A stretch of DNA of 64,000 nucleotides, from assembly GCA_951406725.2 (NCBI GenBank), contig OX597817.1, positions 33,914,001 to 33,978,000 of the forward strand, given 5' to 3'. The notes beneath the pieces are model-generated. The model ran no database searches. It was not told the origin of the DNA and worked only from the letters and a program-made list of their open reading frames with translations. This DNA is from Octopus vulgaris. Taxonomy: Eukaryota. Positions 48,262 through 63,200 of the stretch are shown here, piece by piece (within the stretch, counting starts at the first letter, position 1; every line of letters begins with the position of its first letter). The position numbers and the translations under genes are program-made.

Positions 48262-51200
48262 GTTTAACGTCTGTTTTCCATGCTAACATGGGTTGTATAC
48301 TTATATTTCATTTCCTCCTTCTACCCTTTTCTTCCCTTCACCTTCCTTACATCAACCACTTAACTGTGTACAGGAGGCTTTTCTTGTGCCTTCAGCACAT
48401 TGAGGTCACCATGCAGCTTGCAAATCTACCAAACCTCAAAAAGGAGGAGTTTGTCAGATATCTGTGCCAAAACTAGAACAAATTATTACAATTAAAAAGA
48501 ACTGTTATTACAAGATGATGGATGGATAGTGGATCTCTTGAGTATCAAGTAAAATGCCTGACATAACATATGATTGTAACCATGAGATTTGTAACCATGA
48601 ATTTGTAACCATGAGATTTCAGGTTCAGCCCCACTGTGCAGCACCGAAGGCAAATGTCTTCTGCTGTAGTCCCAGGTTGATCAATGCTTTGTTAGTGAAT
48701 CTGGAAGATGGAAACTGTATGGAAGACCATTGTGTGTGTGTGTGTGTGTGCATAGGTGCAAAAATGGCTGAGTGGTAAGAAGCTTGCTTCCCAACCACAT
48801 GGTTCAGGGTTCTGTCTCACCATGTGGCATCTTGAGCAAGTGTCTTCTACTACAGCCTTGGGTCAACCAAAGCCTTCTGAGTGGATTTGGTAGATGGAAA
48901 CTGAAAGAAGCCTGTCGTATATATGTGTGTGTGTTACTGTGTCTGTATTTGTCCCCCAACATTGCTTGACAACCGATGTTGGTGTGTTTACGTCCCCGTA
49001 ACTCAGCAGTTTGGCAAAAGAAACTGATAGAATAATTACTAGGCTTACAAAGAATAAGTCCTTGGGTCAATTTGTTTGACTAAAGGTGGTGCTCCAGCAT
49101 GGCTGCAGTCAAATGACTGAAACAAATGTAAAAAAAAAGAGTATGTATGTATGTATGCATCTTCTCTTTCTCTTTTTAATTTAGAATAAATTTTGACCAG
49201 CCACCCATTTAGTAGCAAGATTGTAAAAGAAAGCAACTTGTTTTAACCATCATCCTATAAAACAAGGTGCAGGAGTGGCTGTGTGGTAAGTAGCTTGCTT
49301 ACAAACCACATGGTTCCGGGTTCAATCCCACTGCATGGAACTTTGAGCAAATATCTTCTACTATAGCCTTGGGCCAACCAAAGCCTTGCGAGTGGATTTG
49401 GTAGATGGAAACTGAAAGAAGCCCATTGTATATATGTATATGTATGCATAAGAGACTGATAGAATAAGTACTAAGCTTACAAAGAATAAGTCCTGGGGTT
49501 GATTTGTTCAACTAAAGGTGGTGCTCCAGCATGGCTGCTGTCAAATGAGTGAAACAAGTAAAAGAGTAAAAGAGTATAGGTACAAGATCTGAAATGTGAA
49601 GGAGAAAGATAATCAGTTTTATTAATCCCAGCAATGATTGACACTATATAATAATGATGTGGAGGCACATGGCCTAGTGGTTAGAGCAGCGGATTCCCAG
49701 TTGAGGGATTACAGGTTCGAATCTCAGACCGGGCAATGTGTGTGTTTATGAGCGAAACATCTAAGCTCCACGCGGCTCCGGCAGAAGGTAATGGCGAACT
49801 TCTGCTGACTCTTTCGCCCCAACTTTCTCTCACTCTTTCTTCCTGCATCTTGCTGCTCACCTGTGTCGGACCAGTGTCCCATCTAGGTGGAGAACCTATA
49901 TGCCAAGGAAACCGGGAAACCGGCCCTTTGCTCCACAAGGGGCAAAAAGGATTAAGAAGATATAATAATGATAACAATAACAATAATAATTCTTTCAAAA
50001 TTTGGTATAAGGCCAGCAGTTTTGAAGAGAGGGGTCAAATGAATTACATTAATCTCAGTTCTTGATTGGTACTTTATTTTTTTGACCCCCAAAAGAAGAA
50101 AGGCAAAGTTGACCTTGTATTTGAACAAAAAACATTAATATTTGGAAGAAATGTTGCGAAGCATTTCATCCAACATGCTTAAAATTCTGCCAATTTACTG
50201 CCTTAATAATAATAGTTTCAAATTTTGGCACAAGGCCAGCAATTTTAGCTAAGGTAGGGAAAAGAATGTGAAACAGTGAAAAAAAAAATGCCAATATTTT
50301 TGATGATGCTAAACAAAATTACTCAGTTATATATTACTTCTTTTATGAGATCAGATTTGAAATAACAATTAGCATACTCGGCATTCTTTGCAATTCTTCA
50401 AATTGTCAAGAAATTCTATGCGTAAAGCTAAAGTGATAATTACAATTCCATTAAATTATTGCAGCAACCTTGTCTAGTAATCATCCCAACAGCTGTACAT
50501 TTTATATCATTGGAAAGCCTTCAAAGAAACATTTCCTCATCAGCAGTGGCACTGGCATTAGCAATATATTCTCAGTAGCTTCTCAGCACTGATGTTCAGA
50601 TAAAATCAATCCAGAGGCAGTGAACTGATTGTTGATCATGACATACAAAGGGAAACTACACACCTTTGGTTTTGAATTCCTCTAACAGAAAAGTTTTTTT
50701 TGTTTGTTTTGTTTTTAATGAATTTTCATTGTGACAGCTGTTCAAATCTGCAATTATTTGTATTGAGTTGTTGTCACACTTACACTTAAATTAAAATCTC
50801 TAAGTCAATTGCCTTGGGCAATACTACATGATGAAATAATATATATTCTTCAACCAATAGCACTCAAATCTATTTGGTCACAATGGTGGCAATCCCTTCA
50901 ACATACTAGAAATTATTAAAGAAATATAAGACAATAGCAAAAACAAGGCAATGCAAACCAGCAACGGCGGCAGCAATCATCATTGTCATCGTCGTTTAAC
51001 GTCTGCTTTCCATGCTAGCATGGGTTGGATGATTTGACTGAGGACTGGCGAACTAGATGGCTGCACCAGGCTTCAATCTTGATCTGGCAGAATTTCTACA
51101 GCTGGATGCCCTTCCTAACACCAACCACTCCAAGAGTGTAGTGGGTGCTTTAACGTGCCACCGGCATGGGGCCAGTCAGGCGGTACTGGCAATGACCTCG

Positions 51201-51709
51201 CTTGAACCATCTTCACATATTCACGTCTGTAAAGTTAGCAGCAATAATAGACACTTTCAAACATGCTGGAACTCAGAATCACATGACACTCACAGACATT
51301 ATCTATTCTTGTTAAAAAAAAAAGAACAACAGATATCAATTCCAATACATTTGTGATCTTTCATCTATTTTGATATATTTCTTTCTTCGCCCTTTTCAAG
51401 CCTAGCCAGGCTCATGGGCCTGGTTTCCTGGTTTCTGTGGGGTATGTGCTCTACCCAGCTGGACGGGACGCCAGTCCATCACAGGGTTAATCAAGAAACA
51501 GGAAGAGAGAGTGAGAGAAAGTTGTGGAGAAAGAGTACAACAGGGGTCGACACCACCCCCTGCCCCATGGAACTTTTAGGTGTTTTTGCTCAATAAACAC
51601 ACACAACACCCGGTCTGGGAATCGAAACCACGATCATCCAACCGTGAGTCCGCTGTCCTAACCACTGGGCCATTGTGCCTCCACATTTTGATATATGTAT
51701 AATGTTTAT

Positions 51710-52236
51710 ACATGCATACATACATACATACATACATACATACCTACATACATACATACATACATGCATACATACACACATATGTACGTACATATGTACA
51801 TACATACATACATAGATGCATACATGTATGCATGCATTCATACATAGATTCCGCCGAGGTCGACTTTGCCTTTCATCCTATCGGGGTCGATAAATAAAGT
51901 ACCAGTTACGTACTGGGTCGATGTAATCGACTTAATCCCTTTGTCTGTCCTTGTTTGTCCCCTCTATATTTAGCCCCTTGTGGGTAATGAAGAAAATATT
52001 CATACATAGATACATTCATACATACATATATGCATGCATTCATACATATATGCATGCACACATACATACATAGATACATAGATACATACATACATACATA
52101 CATATATATACATACACACATACATACATACATACATACATACATACATACATACATACATACATACATACATACATACATACATACATACATACATACA
52201 TACATACATACATACATACATACATACATGTATACA
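51710..52236. repeat. (TACA)n microsatellite arrays flanking a SINE fragment
   Basis: Visible directly. Confidence 0.95.
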
Positions 52237-55200
52237 TAGGTGCAGGCATAACTATGTGCTAAGATAGGTGTGGGTGTGGGTGTATAGTAAGAAGTTTATT
52301 TTCAAACAACAAAGTCCCAGGTTCAGTTCCACTGCATGACACCTTGGGCAAATGTCTTCCACTATAGTCCTGGGCTGGCCAAAGTCTTATAAGTAGATTT
52401 GGTAGATAGAGACTGAAAGAATATATATGTGTGTGTGTTTGTGTGTATGTGAGTGTTTTTGTGTCTGTGTTTGTCCTCCACCACTTCTTGACAACCGATG
52501 TTGGTGTGTTTACATCTCTGTAACTTAGTGGGATACCAGCAGAATATGTACTAGGCTTTAAAAAAATTAAGTACTGGGATCAATTCATTCAATAAAAAAT
52601 TCTTCATAATGTTGCCCCAGTATGGCTGCAGTCTAATGACTGAAACAAGCAAAAGATAAAAGATAGACGGAACATACACACACAGACACAGACACACACA
52701 CATACACACACACACATGCATGTATACATATACATTTGTCTATGTTTTTATTTATTTATGCGCCCTTTTCAAGCCTAGACAGGCTCATGGGCCCGGTTTC
52801 TATGGTGTATGTGTTCCCCACAGCTGGACGGGATGCCAGTCCATCGCAGCATTACTCAAGAAACAGGACGAAAGAGTGAGAGAAAGTTTGGGCGAAAGAG
52901 TACAACAGGGGTAGCCACCACCCCCTGCCGGAGCCTCGTGGAGCTTAAGGTGTTTTCGCTCACTAAAAACACACAACACCCAATCTGAGAATCGAAACCG
53001 CGCTCCTCCGACTGCGAGTCCGCTGCCCTAACCACTGGGCCATTTTGCCACCACACATTTGTCTATGAGATTATGAATATGGTGTGCATGTGTCTGTTGT
53101 ATCTATGTTTGTATGTTGGTGCAATGTAGAATTCTCCTTTTGGCTAGAAAAGCAAAAATAGCTGTTGAATTGTGTATTAAATACTTATGTCACTATGAAG
53201 TAAACATTGATTATAAATATAGATGGAGATAATCCCATAAATACAGCCTTTACTTGAACCTGTGAGCCAAAAATAACAAATTCTGTAATAAGGTGTAATT
53301 ATTGCATAAGAATGTCGAAGTCAAGGTCTTGATGCTACAGGATAAAGATTCTAAAGAAGATTGCAGCTTAATAGCTATGAATAATATGTTGTGCACTGTA
53401 AAGTAGAGGTCAGCTTTTGAGTCCTGAGCTCTTATAAAAGACATAAACATCATAATTTCGTATTTTTTCTTATCTTACTCACTTCAGACGTCATATCAGA
53501 ATTATTGAAAGGCAGTGAGCTGGCAGAAACGTTAACACGTCAGGCAAAATGCTCAGCAGTATTTCATCTGCTGTTACGTTCTGAGTTCAAATTTCCCCGA
53601 GGTCGACTTTGCCTTTCATCCTTTCGGGGTTGATAAATTAAGTACCAGTTACGCAATGGGGTTGATGTAATCGACTTAATCCGTTTGTCTATCCTTGTTT
53701 GTTCCCTCTACGTTTAGCCCCTAGTAGTAGGCAATAAAAAGAAATAAGAATTGTTGTTTTAAGTAATTGGGCCAGTAGATACACTGAATAATTAGTAATA
53801 TCTGATATTCAGTGGTACTTCATTTTTGAGTTCAAACTCAATTGTCATCATTTTCTTCTTCCGGGGGGAAAAAAAAAAAAATTAAAACTCCCTTGAGTAT
53901 TTTATTCAAGAGATTTTAGCCTAATATTTGCACATTTATAGGTGTAGGAGCGGCTGTGTGGTAAGTAGCTTGTTTACCAACCACATGGTTCAGGGTTCAG
54001 TCCCATTGCATGGCACCTTGGGCAAGTGTCTTCTACTAAAGCCTCGGGTCGACCAAAGCCTTGTGAGTGGATTTGGTAGACAGAAACTGAAAGAAGACCG
54101 TCATTATATATGTATATATATGTGTGTGTATATGTTTGTGTGTCTGTGTTTGTCCCCCCAACATCGCTTGACAACCGATGCTGGTGTGTCTACGTCCCCG
54201 TAACTTAGCAGTTCAGCAAAAGAGACCGATAGAATAAGTACTAGGCTCACAAAGAATAAGTTCTGGGGTTGATTTGCTCGACTAAAGGCAGTGCTCCAGC
54301 ATGGCCACAGTCAATCAAATGACTGAAACAAGTAAAAGAGTAGACATTATTTATAGTTTTATCTAAGGCAGTGAGCTGACAGAATCATTAGTACGCTGGA
54401 CTACGTGCTTAGCATTTTCTTTCTTTCTTTCTTTACTTGTTTCAGTCATTTGACTGTGACCATGCTGGAGCACTGCCTTTAGTCAAATCAAATCGCCCCC
54501 AAGACTTATTCTTTGTAAACCTAGTACTTATTCTATCGGTCTCTCTTGCCAAACCACTAAGTGATGGGGCCGTAAACAGACCAGCACCGGTTGTCAAGCG
54601 ATGGTGGGGGAACAAACACAGACACACAAACATACACACACATATATATATAAATATATACGATGGGCTTCTTTCAGTTTCCATCTACCAAATCCACTTA
54701 CAAAGCTTTGGTCGGCCCGAGGCTATAGTAGAAGACACTTGCCCAAGGTGCCGCGCAGTGGGACTGAACCCAGAACCATGTGGTTGGTAAGCAAGCTACT
54801 TACCACACAGCCACTCCTGTTCATCTTTTCTTTCTAGGTTCAAATTCCGCTGAGGTACACTTTGCCTTTCATCCTTTAAGGATCAATAAAATAGGTACTA
54901 GTTGAGTACTGGGGTCAATGTAATCAACCAAGTCCCACTCCACCAAAAATTTGGGTCTTGTGCTACTAATAGAAAAAAGATTATTGCTTTATCTTCTTTG
55001 AATTCCACCATTAAAAATGAATTATTTGATGTCTCTCAAAGCTTCTAAATTCTCATGATGTAAACAACATACAATTCTTGCCGGTAAAAAGAAAGCCTCA
55101 AAAATAGATAGAGGCATTCAAAAGATTTCTTTGGTACAATGTTAGAGCATCTGTCATAGTTACAGAAGATGTGGTTTCAGGTCCCATAGGCAGCCTTTGA

Positions 55201-58200
55201 CATTTTCTATTCAGAGGGTTTTTAACCCAATATTTACATGTTGTTATTTATAGTTTTATCTACTTCAAGTTCTACAGTTAAAAGCAAATTATTTCAGTCT
55301 TAATAATATTATCATATTAATTGATAAATAAGCATGTCATTCTGGCTGCAAAAATACCTTGAAAATTAACAATGATATTTTAAAACAGAAATATTAAATA
55401 GCAATCTCTATATCTCACTGAATGTAGCTATATCAAATGAAAGCCACAATATTGCAGGATTTGTCTTGAGAAAGCATTTCATATAGACATATAGTGCTGA
55501 GAAGCACATCAGTAGCAGAAGAAATGTGTCCAACAGCAGCAGTGAAATTGCTAGACACCGAGATTTCTGCGTATTTGCGCATCATCAGTAGCAAATATCA
55601 AACTATCAACTGCATGCTTAGTCAAAATTTTTGTCTCAACTGATTTATACAAACAGTGATTAACAAATCACTGATGTCACAAATAGTGGACAGGTTGGGT
55701 AAAAATTTATTAATAGCAGCAAATCACTTATTAACGACTTGTGTACTTTTCATAAAGATGTATTATATGTAGGAGACACTGTTGACAAGCTAAGTCTGTA
55801 ATCTGATTTTGTATCCAGCTTCAAGAGCTTTCACTGTGTATAGGTCACTAATATATTGAAAGTTCCAGCATCAGATTTCGATTTAATTATGAATCTGAAA
55901 CCTTACATTTAACCTTAAAAAACAAAATTAATATTTGAAAATGAAGTTAAAGAAAAGATAGAAAATGGAACAAAATATTACAAAAGGGGAAAATCATAAC
56001 AGAGAAATTAATCTTAAAAAGTCAGAAATATGAAAAAAGAAATAAGAATAAATAAAACAATGACAAATGAAAGGAGAGACTTCTAAAGAGGGCTCAAATT
56101 TATATTCTGATCATGCTTCTCTAAAAATAGCATTACCAATGCCATTCAAAGGATACTATGCACTAGAAATAGTCTTGAAAAATACATGAAAGATCAGACA
56201 TGAATGTTTGCATTCATTCACAATGAGACAGTGATCTAACCAATGTTTTCTAACTAGTTTTAAGTCAACAGAATATGACAAAGATTTCCTATGAGTAATA
56301 TCAGAAATCAAAGAAAAAAAATGTTTTTTAATAATATTTTTTACATCTTTCTTCCTTTTCTTTTTTCTTCTTTGATTGCTATTTTTATTTTTTGTTTCCT
56401 TTACCTTTTTGTTATAATGTCATTTAGTATAAAGTCTAAGGCCATTGTAATATTATTACTTAGTCATATAGCTAAGTCCACAATCTGTGTATGATGGGTG
56501 TGACTCTGGTAAAATATTCAATGTAACTGAAGAATGTGGGCTACGATGGATGGCAGACTACTTTGAGATATTACAGTATTGTATGTTCAAAGGTGAATGT
56601 GTGTTAGGGGAGTGAGTGTATGGAAGTTTATCTTTGTAAGGGAGTATTTATAAACATTTGGGGATAGACATACATGTGTTATGTGTGTGTATTTATGTGT
56701 ATATTGGTCTAAATACAGGAGGTATACAGAGTAATGAGTATGTATGTGTGTTTTGAAAAGTTCATTCAGTTCATTTGTGGGGCATTTTTTAACCGACATA
56801 TATATAACATGAGAGACTTATGGTAAGGTCTGGAAGAAGGGGGTTTTGCCTAGGGACTTTGTAGATTGACATAGTTAATATTCCTCTTGAATATAAAGGA
56901 ATAAATTGGTGGTTACAGAAAAAACATGGGCAGCAAGAAAAATCCAGTGGGGTAATGGTCTGGGAATGAAAGATGGAATGGAATGGTTAATGAGGGTATG
57001 TAGGGTAGAAAGAGGACACAATATGGGCGCCACTAAAGCAGAGAGAGATTCTTTTTACCATTTAGTCAGGAGATAAGAGCAGTGCTTATGTTCCTTTACA
57101 GGGCTTCCAAAACTGGTGGAAGAAAGGAAGATAACCTCAAACTGTAGACCAGATCAAACTACTTGCAACAGAGTGGACTCTGCAAAAGGGTAATTGGTAA
57201 TATCCTGAATATCAGATATTCTTAATTATTCATGTCAAGCACTCAAGATGAGAGAGTCAAGAGTACTTGAATGGAGCTATATGGTGGAGGAGAGGTGAGA
57301 TCTTTTATTAAATATCTGAGAACTTTTCATTATAAAAGCATTTGTGTGTCACCTTCATCTGAAAGATGTTATGCACAGAATGTAAGCTATGGTGGTCTTA
57401 TCTTAACTTTCACACCACCTTTTCTGGTGTGGAATATCATCATTTACCTTATGAATGAAACATAATATAGTACTTTCATGCCTATTAGATAAATTATAAT
57501 ATTTGATTGATTGTACTAGTGTGATACATTGAATCAGTTGCTAGATCTTACATCATCATCATCATCATCATCATCCTTCCATGCTGGCATGGGTTGGATG
57601 ATTTGACAGGAGCTGGCCAGGCAGATGACTGTACCATACTTCTGTGTCTGTTTTGGCATGGTTTCTATGGCTGGATGCCCTTCCTAATACCAACCACCCT
57701 GGTCAAAAATATCTTTGAAAGAGACATCAGTTCTATAGAGTTTAAGAATGGTGGATTGATTAAATCACTAAGCTTAGTGATTTAATCAATTCTACAATGT
57801 AACGATTGCCTATTGTAATGAACTATATCTCTATGAGTCAAGTAAACATAACTTTTGTGAATTAACTCTTTTGATACTGCCTGGTATTGCTTCTGGTTTC
57901 ATGATACAAAAAACCCACATTTTAAAGTGTTCAGGTTTTAATTAAAATCTTCCAGCACAATATTATCTATGAGCTGTCTGTTATGTGCTTAATTATAGGC
58001 GTAATAATTTAAAAGTGGTTTATATTCATAATTATTTTCCTAATTCATAATTATTTTCAAAGTCGACTGAAACAGACTGGCTGTATCTTTCATCAACCTT
58101 GGTTCGGTTACCTGAGGTGTATTTTGCTAGACCCAAAATAATTAGTGAATCTAGGATGCAACACAGGTGATGTTGTTCAAGTATGAGCATCCCTAGATGT

Positions 58201-60349
58201 ATGAAAATCCATTAGAAATATGGTCTTGTAAAGGTTAAATTCTTGTCCATGAGCATAGTATTGTACTGGCAACATAATACAGACAAACCACTTACCTCTT
58301 GGCCATTGTTTAGTGATCTATCAATTTGGCTGTCTGTGTTCTTTATCTAATTTACATTTATTAAAATAAAAATGCTGATTTGTTGAATACAAATTTTGAG
58401 AATAAACAAATTTATTTACTGAAACACTGGTGTAGTGCATAATTATGCTCATAATCAGTTCTCATGCAAAATGGACTTACCATTTTTTGAATGTCAATTA
58501 TAATTTTTTGCTAAAGCAAAAACCATGTGTGGTTTAAGTTCAGCTCAGAAAACAGTAAGATAACTACGAGCAATAACTTGTCACTTTCTGACAAATACAT
58601 TATATACTATCACCCTTCTACTAGTTCCAGTCACTGGACTTTGGCCAAATATTTTAGATGGTTATATCGACCCCATCCACTACTTATTATTTTATTTTGT
58701 TCATTTATTTTATATTGCACTTTACAAGCAATAACAAGGCAGCAAGCTGCAAAATTGTTGGCTTGTTAAACAAAATGCTTAGTGGCATTTTTTTTTCTTT
58801 ACTCTTTACTCTCTCTTTTACTTGTTTCAGTCATTTGACTGCGGCCATGCTGGAGCACCACCTTTAATCGAGCAACTCGACCCCAGGACTTATTTTTTGT
58901 AAGCCCAGTACTTATTCTATCAGTCTCTTTTGCCAAACCGCTAAGTGACGGGGACATAAACACACCAGCATCAGTTGTCAAGCAATGCTACGGGGACAAA
59001 CACACACATACATATACATATATACATATATACAATGGGCTTCTTTTAGTTTCCGTCTACCAAATCCACTTACAAGGCTTTGGTCGGCCCGAGGCTATAG
59101 TAGAAGACACTTGCCCAGGGTTCCGCGCAGTGGGACTGAACCCGGAACCATGTGGTTGGTAAACAAGCTACTTACCACACAGCCACTCCTGTGCCTATAT
59201 TCCTTTCTTTATATTCTGAGTCCAAATATTGCGAAGGTCAGTTTTGTGTTTTATCCTTTCAAGGTTGATAAAGCAAAATTACCAATCAAGTACTGGGATT
59301 GATGCCATCAATTTGCCTCCTGCCCTCAAAACTGATGACCTTATTTTAAATTAGAAAGAATTTATGAGCAATAACATTCTTTGTTATAGCCTTTATGGCC
59401 TTTACCAGGGATGTAACCAGCCCACTTATGCATACCTTTCCTTCTTTGGACACAAAACTCTGCTTGTGAAGACCTGATGTGGCAAGTGAAATCAAAATTG
59501 AGTTTGAAATCAAACCAAATTCGACGACTGGCACCCATGCCAACCTCCCTTCATTGGACACTAAACTCTGCTTGCGAAGACCTGTTGGGGCAAGGGAAAT
59601 TGGAATTGAACCAAATTCGATGACTGTCACCCGTGCCAGTGGAGCGCTTACAGCTCCATCTGAGCAGGATCACTGCCAGAGCAGCTGTCTGGCTTCCATG
59701 CTGGTGGCACATAAAAAAGCACCATTTGAGTGTGATCATTACCAGTGTCACCTTACTGACACTTGTGCCGGTGGCACGTGAAAAAACATTCAAGCGAGGT
59801 CATTGCCAGTGCCGCTGGACTGACTCCTGTGCAGGTGGCACGTATAAAACACCATCTCGAGCGTGGCCGTTGCCAGTACCACCAGACTGGCCCTTGTGCT
59901 GGTGGTACGTAAAAGCACCCACGACACTCTTGGAGTGGTCGGCGTTAGGAAGGGCATCCAGCTGTAGAAACTCTGCCAGATCAGATTGGAGCCTGGCACA
60001 GCCATCTGGTTCACCAGTCCTCAGTCAAACCGTCCAACCCATGCTAGCATGGAAAGCAGACGTTAAATGATGATGATGATGGCAATCCAGTAAACAAATC
60101 ATTAGTTTGTTGTATTTCTGATGATGTAAAATGATGAAGGATTGTCTGTAACTTGTAGCAAATTTTTATCAGGATTGGTACAGCATGGCTGTGGAGTTAA
60201 GGAGGTTGGTTCACAAACACATAATTTTTGGATTTGATTCCACTCTACAGCACCTTAGTTAAGTGTCTTCTACAATAGCCACAGGCTGACCAACGCCTTG
60301 TGAGAGAACCTGACTGACAGAACCTGCAGGAGGTTTATCATAAATATAT

Positions 60350-60392
60350 ATGAGTGTGTGTGTAAACATGTATGCATGCATGTGTGTATGTA

Positions 60393-60464
<72 letters not shown>
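60350..60464. repeat. (TG)n microsatellite
   Basis: Visible directly. Confidence 0.95.
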
Positions 60465-60468
<4 letters not shown>

Positions 60469-60992
60469 TTGATATTTCATGCTTGTCAACAAAGTGGTAG
60501 TGATACTTATATTCCATGTTGATATTATGATTGGTTGCTCTGTGCTTTTGTAGACATCTGCATTAAAACAAAACCCTTATTTGAAAACAAGCAAGGGTTG
60601 CAACAGGAACAGCATGTGTCAGAAAAGTCCTACCTTAAATAATTCACCATCTGAGCCTATGCTGGAATGATAAAATAGATGTTAAACTTCATTCGTACAA
60701 TACCAGTTTTTTTGATACTTTTTGGCTTATGAATCTTTGTATACTCTTTGAAAAAAAAAACACTGGTAGAAGAGGCACATGTACACACACGCACACACAC
60801 ACACACACACACACATCCCCCCCCACACACATGCAGTAGGCGTCTATAAAATTTCTGTCCACAAATTCCATTCAAAAAGTATTTGTCAACCCAAGGCTCT
60901 GGTGAGAAGACATTTAGTCAAAATACTGCACATAGTACCACATAGCTACAAATTTGGTAAATGGAAACTGAAAGAAGCCCATTGTATGTGTG

Positions 60993-61032
<40 letters not shown>

Positions 61033-63200
61033 ATATTGTACCCACTAAACCATCATGTGATCTCAAATATAATGCATCCCTACATTTTGTACCTATAAAT
61101 CAACAATATATTTCATCCCCTTGTTTTTTTCTTTTTTAGTTTTACATTTGAGTATAATTCTGTCCATCAGTTCTGATCCTGATATGTTGTATTAAATTTC
61201 TCACATTATACACAAATAACAACAATACATACATGCATTTTGTTTTGGTATATTTGTACTGACTTCTGAAAGAAGCTGTACTTCTTACAATACCTATTTT
61301 ACCAAAAATACTACTGGGTCATTGAGATTTGATGTAAAACAAAGCAAGCAATAGTGACCAGATACAAGCCATTGACCTATTGGTCAACAATCTATCTTAT
61401 TAATAATTTAATCAGCTGTGGTATTTTATACATTATTATGGCAAAATTGCTAATAAAGCTGACAATATAAATGTTATCAGAATTGAAATTATTTACAAAC
61501 ATGAAAAAATAAAAGACAGTTTTTTTTTTTTTTCCATAACCAAAATCTACATTTTCATAAATTACTTTCTAGCAACTCTGAAAAAGTAGAGGCACATGGC
61601 TTAGTGGTTAGGGTGTTGGACTCATGATCTCTAAGATTGTGGTTTCAATTCCTAGAACAGGTGATGTCTTGTGTTCTTGAGCAAAACACTTCATTTCACA
61701 TTACTCCAGTCCACTCAGCTGGCAAAAATAAGTAACCCTGCAATGGACCAGCATCTTGTCCAGGTGGGGAATTCATATGCCATGGAAACTGGGAAACTGG
61801 CCTTGAGTCTGTGTCCTTCCTTGGGAAGGAACTTTACTTTACCCTGAAAAAATAAAAATAAAAGAGGTTGTCCATAAATTACCTTTACAATTTGAAAAAT
61901 TTATCAAAAGATGAAAAATAAGGACAACTCAGCATAGTTTATTGAAAAACATAGGCAAATAAATAAAGTTTTATTAGAAATATGAGAATGTTCCATTAGT
62001 TACATGCAACACATATACACAATAAATTGTGGTACTTGTAAGGATAATTTATGGACACCCTGTACAAACTTTCAATATTCAATTAAGAATGGAAGCTGAC
62101 ATTTAGTACACAGAATCTTTTGAGAATTCCTATTATTGGTTTAATGGTAAAAGTCACAAGCAGCATGTATTCAGTAATTTGCAACCAGTCAACTAAATTT
62201 CTCTCAAAAAATATTAGTCAATCTGAGACTACGGTGAAAATACTTGCTCAAGCTGACATGCAATGGGATTAAACCTAGAACTATGCAGTTTCAAAGGGAA
62301 CTTTTCAACCATACAACTATATACTACACTCTTAATGATAATGAAAGTAACAAAAATTCTGATAATTACGATGATATTTGTATCTATTGTGCGTACCTTT
62401 CTTTCATTGGACACTAAACTCTGCTTGTGAAGACCTGTTGAGGCAAGTGAAATTGAAATCAAATTCGATGACTGGCATCCGTGCTAGTGGAGCGCTAAGA
62501 GCATCATCCGAGCATGATTGTTGCCAGAGCGGCTAACTGGCTTCCGTGCTGGTGACATGTAAAAAGCACCATTAAAAGCGTGATTGTTACCAGTGTCGCC
62601 TTACTGGCACTTGTACTGGTGGCACATGAAAAAATATTCAAGCGAGGTCATTGCCAGTGCCGCTGGACTGGCTCCTGTGAAGGTGGCACATAAAAAACAC
62701 CATTTGAGCATGGCCGTTGCCAGTACTGCTTGACTGGCCCTCGTGCCATTGGCAAGTAAAAGCACCCACTACACTCTCGAAGTGACTGGCATTAGGAAGG
62801 GCATCCAGCTGTAGAAACTCTGCCAGATCAAGATTGGAGCCTGGTGCAGTCATCTGGTTTGCCAGTCCTCAGTCAAATCGTCCAACCCATGCTAGCATGG
62901 AAAGCGGACATTAAACGATGATGATGATGATGTTGTTGAGATCCTGGTTAGCACTGTTGGAGAAAACTTATTGCCAAAAGTGTTCCAGCCATAATCATCT
63001 CATATTTCTGTATAACTTAAATTACATTATCTCATGTAATGCTTCTCTTTTCAAGAGGATAACTTGATTTGAAGGAGATCTATACAGAGCTCCAGCATTG
63101 GCTTGTCAATGTGAATAACAGTGATGGTGGTGGGTGGGGCCAGAAGTAGTGGTGACAATGTGTTAATGATGAAGCAGGTGATAATTGTGACAATGAGAGA

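Noticed and set aside
56800-57460. Possible decayed LINE or coding remnant
   Set aside because: Only a faint LYKSL-like trace; too degraded to call.
59625-59925. CRISPR-like array (regularly spaced ~65-bp repeats with ggcacgtaaaa)
   Set aside because: Eukaryotic context, the 'spacers' are homologous to each other, there are no cas genes, and the array is part of a LINE 3' UTR.
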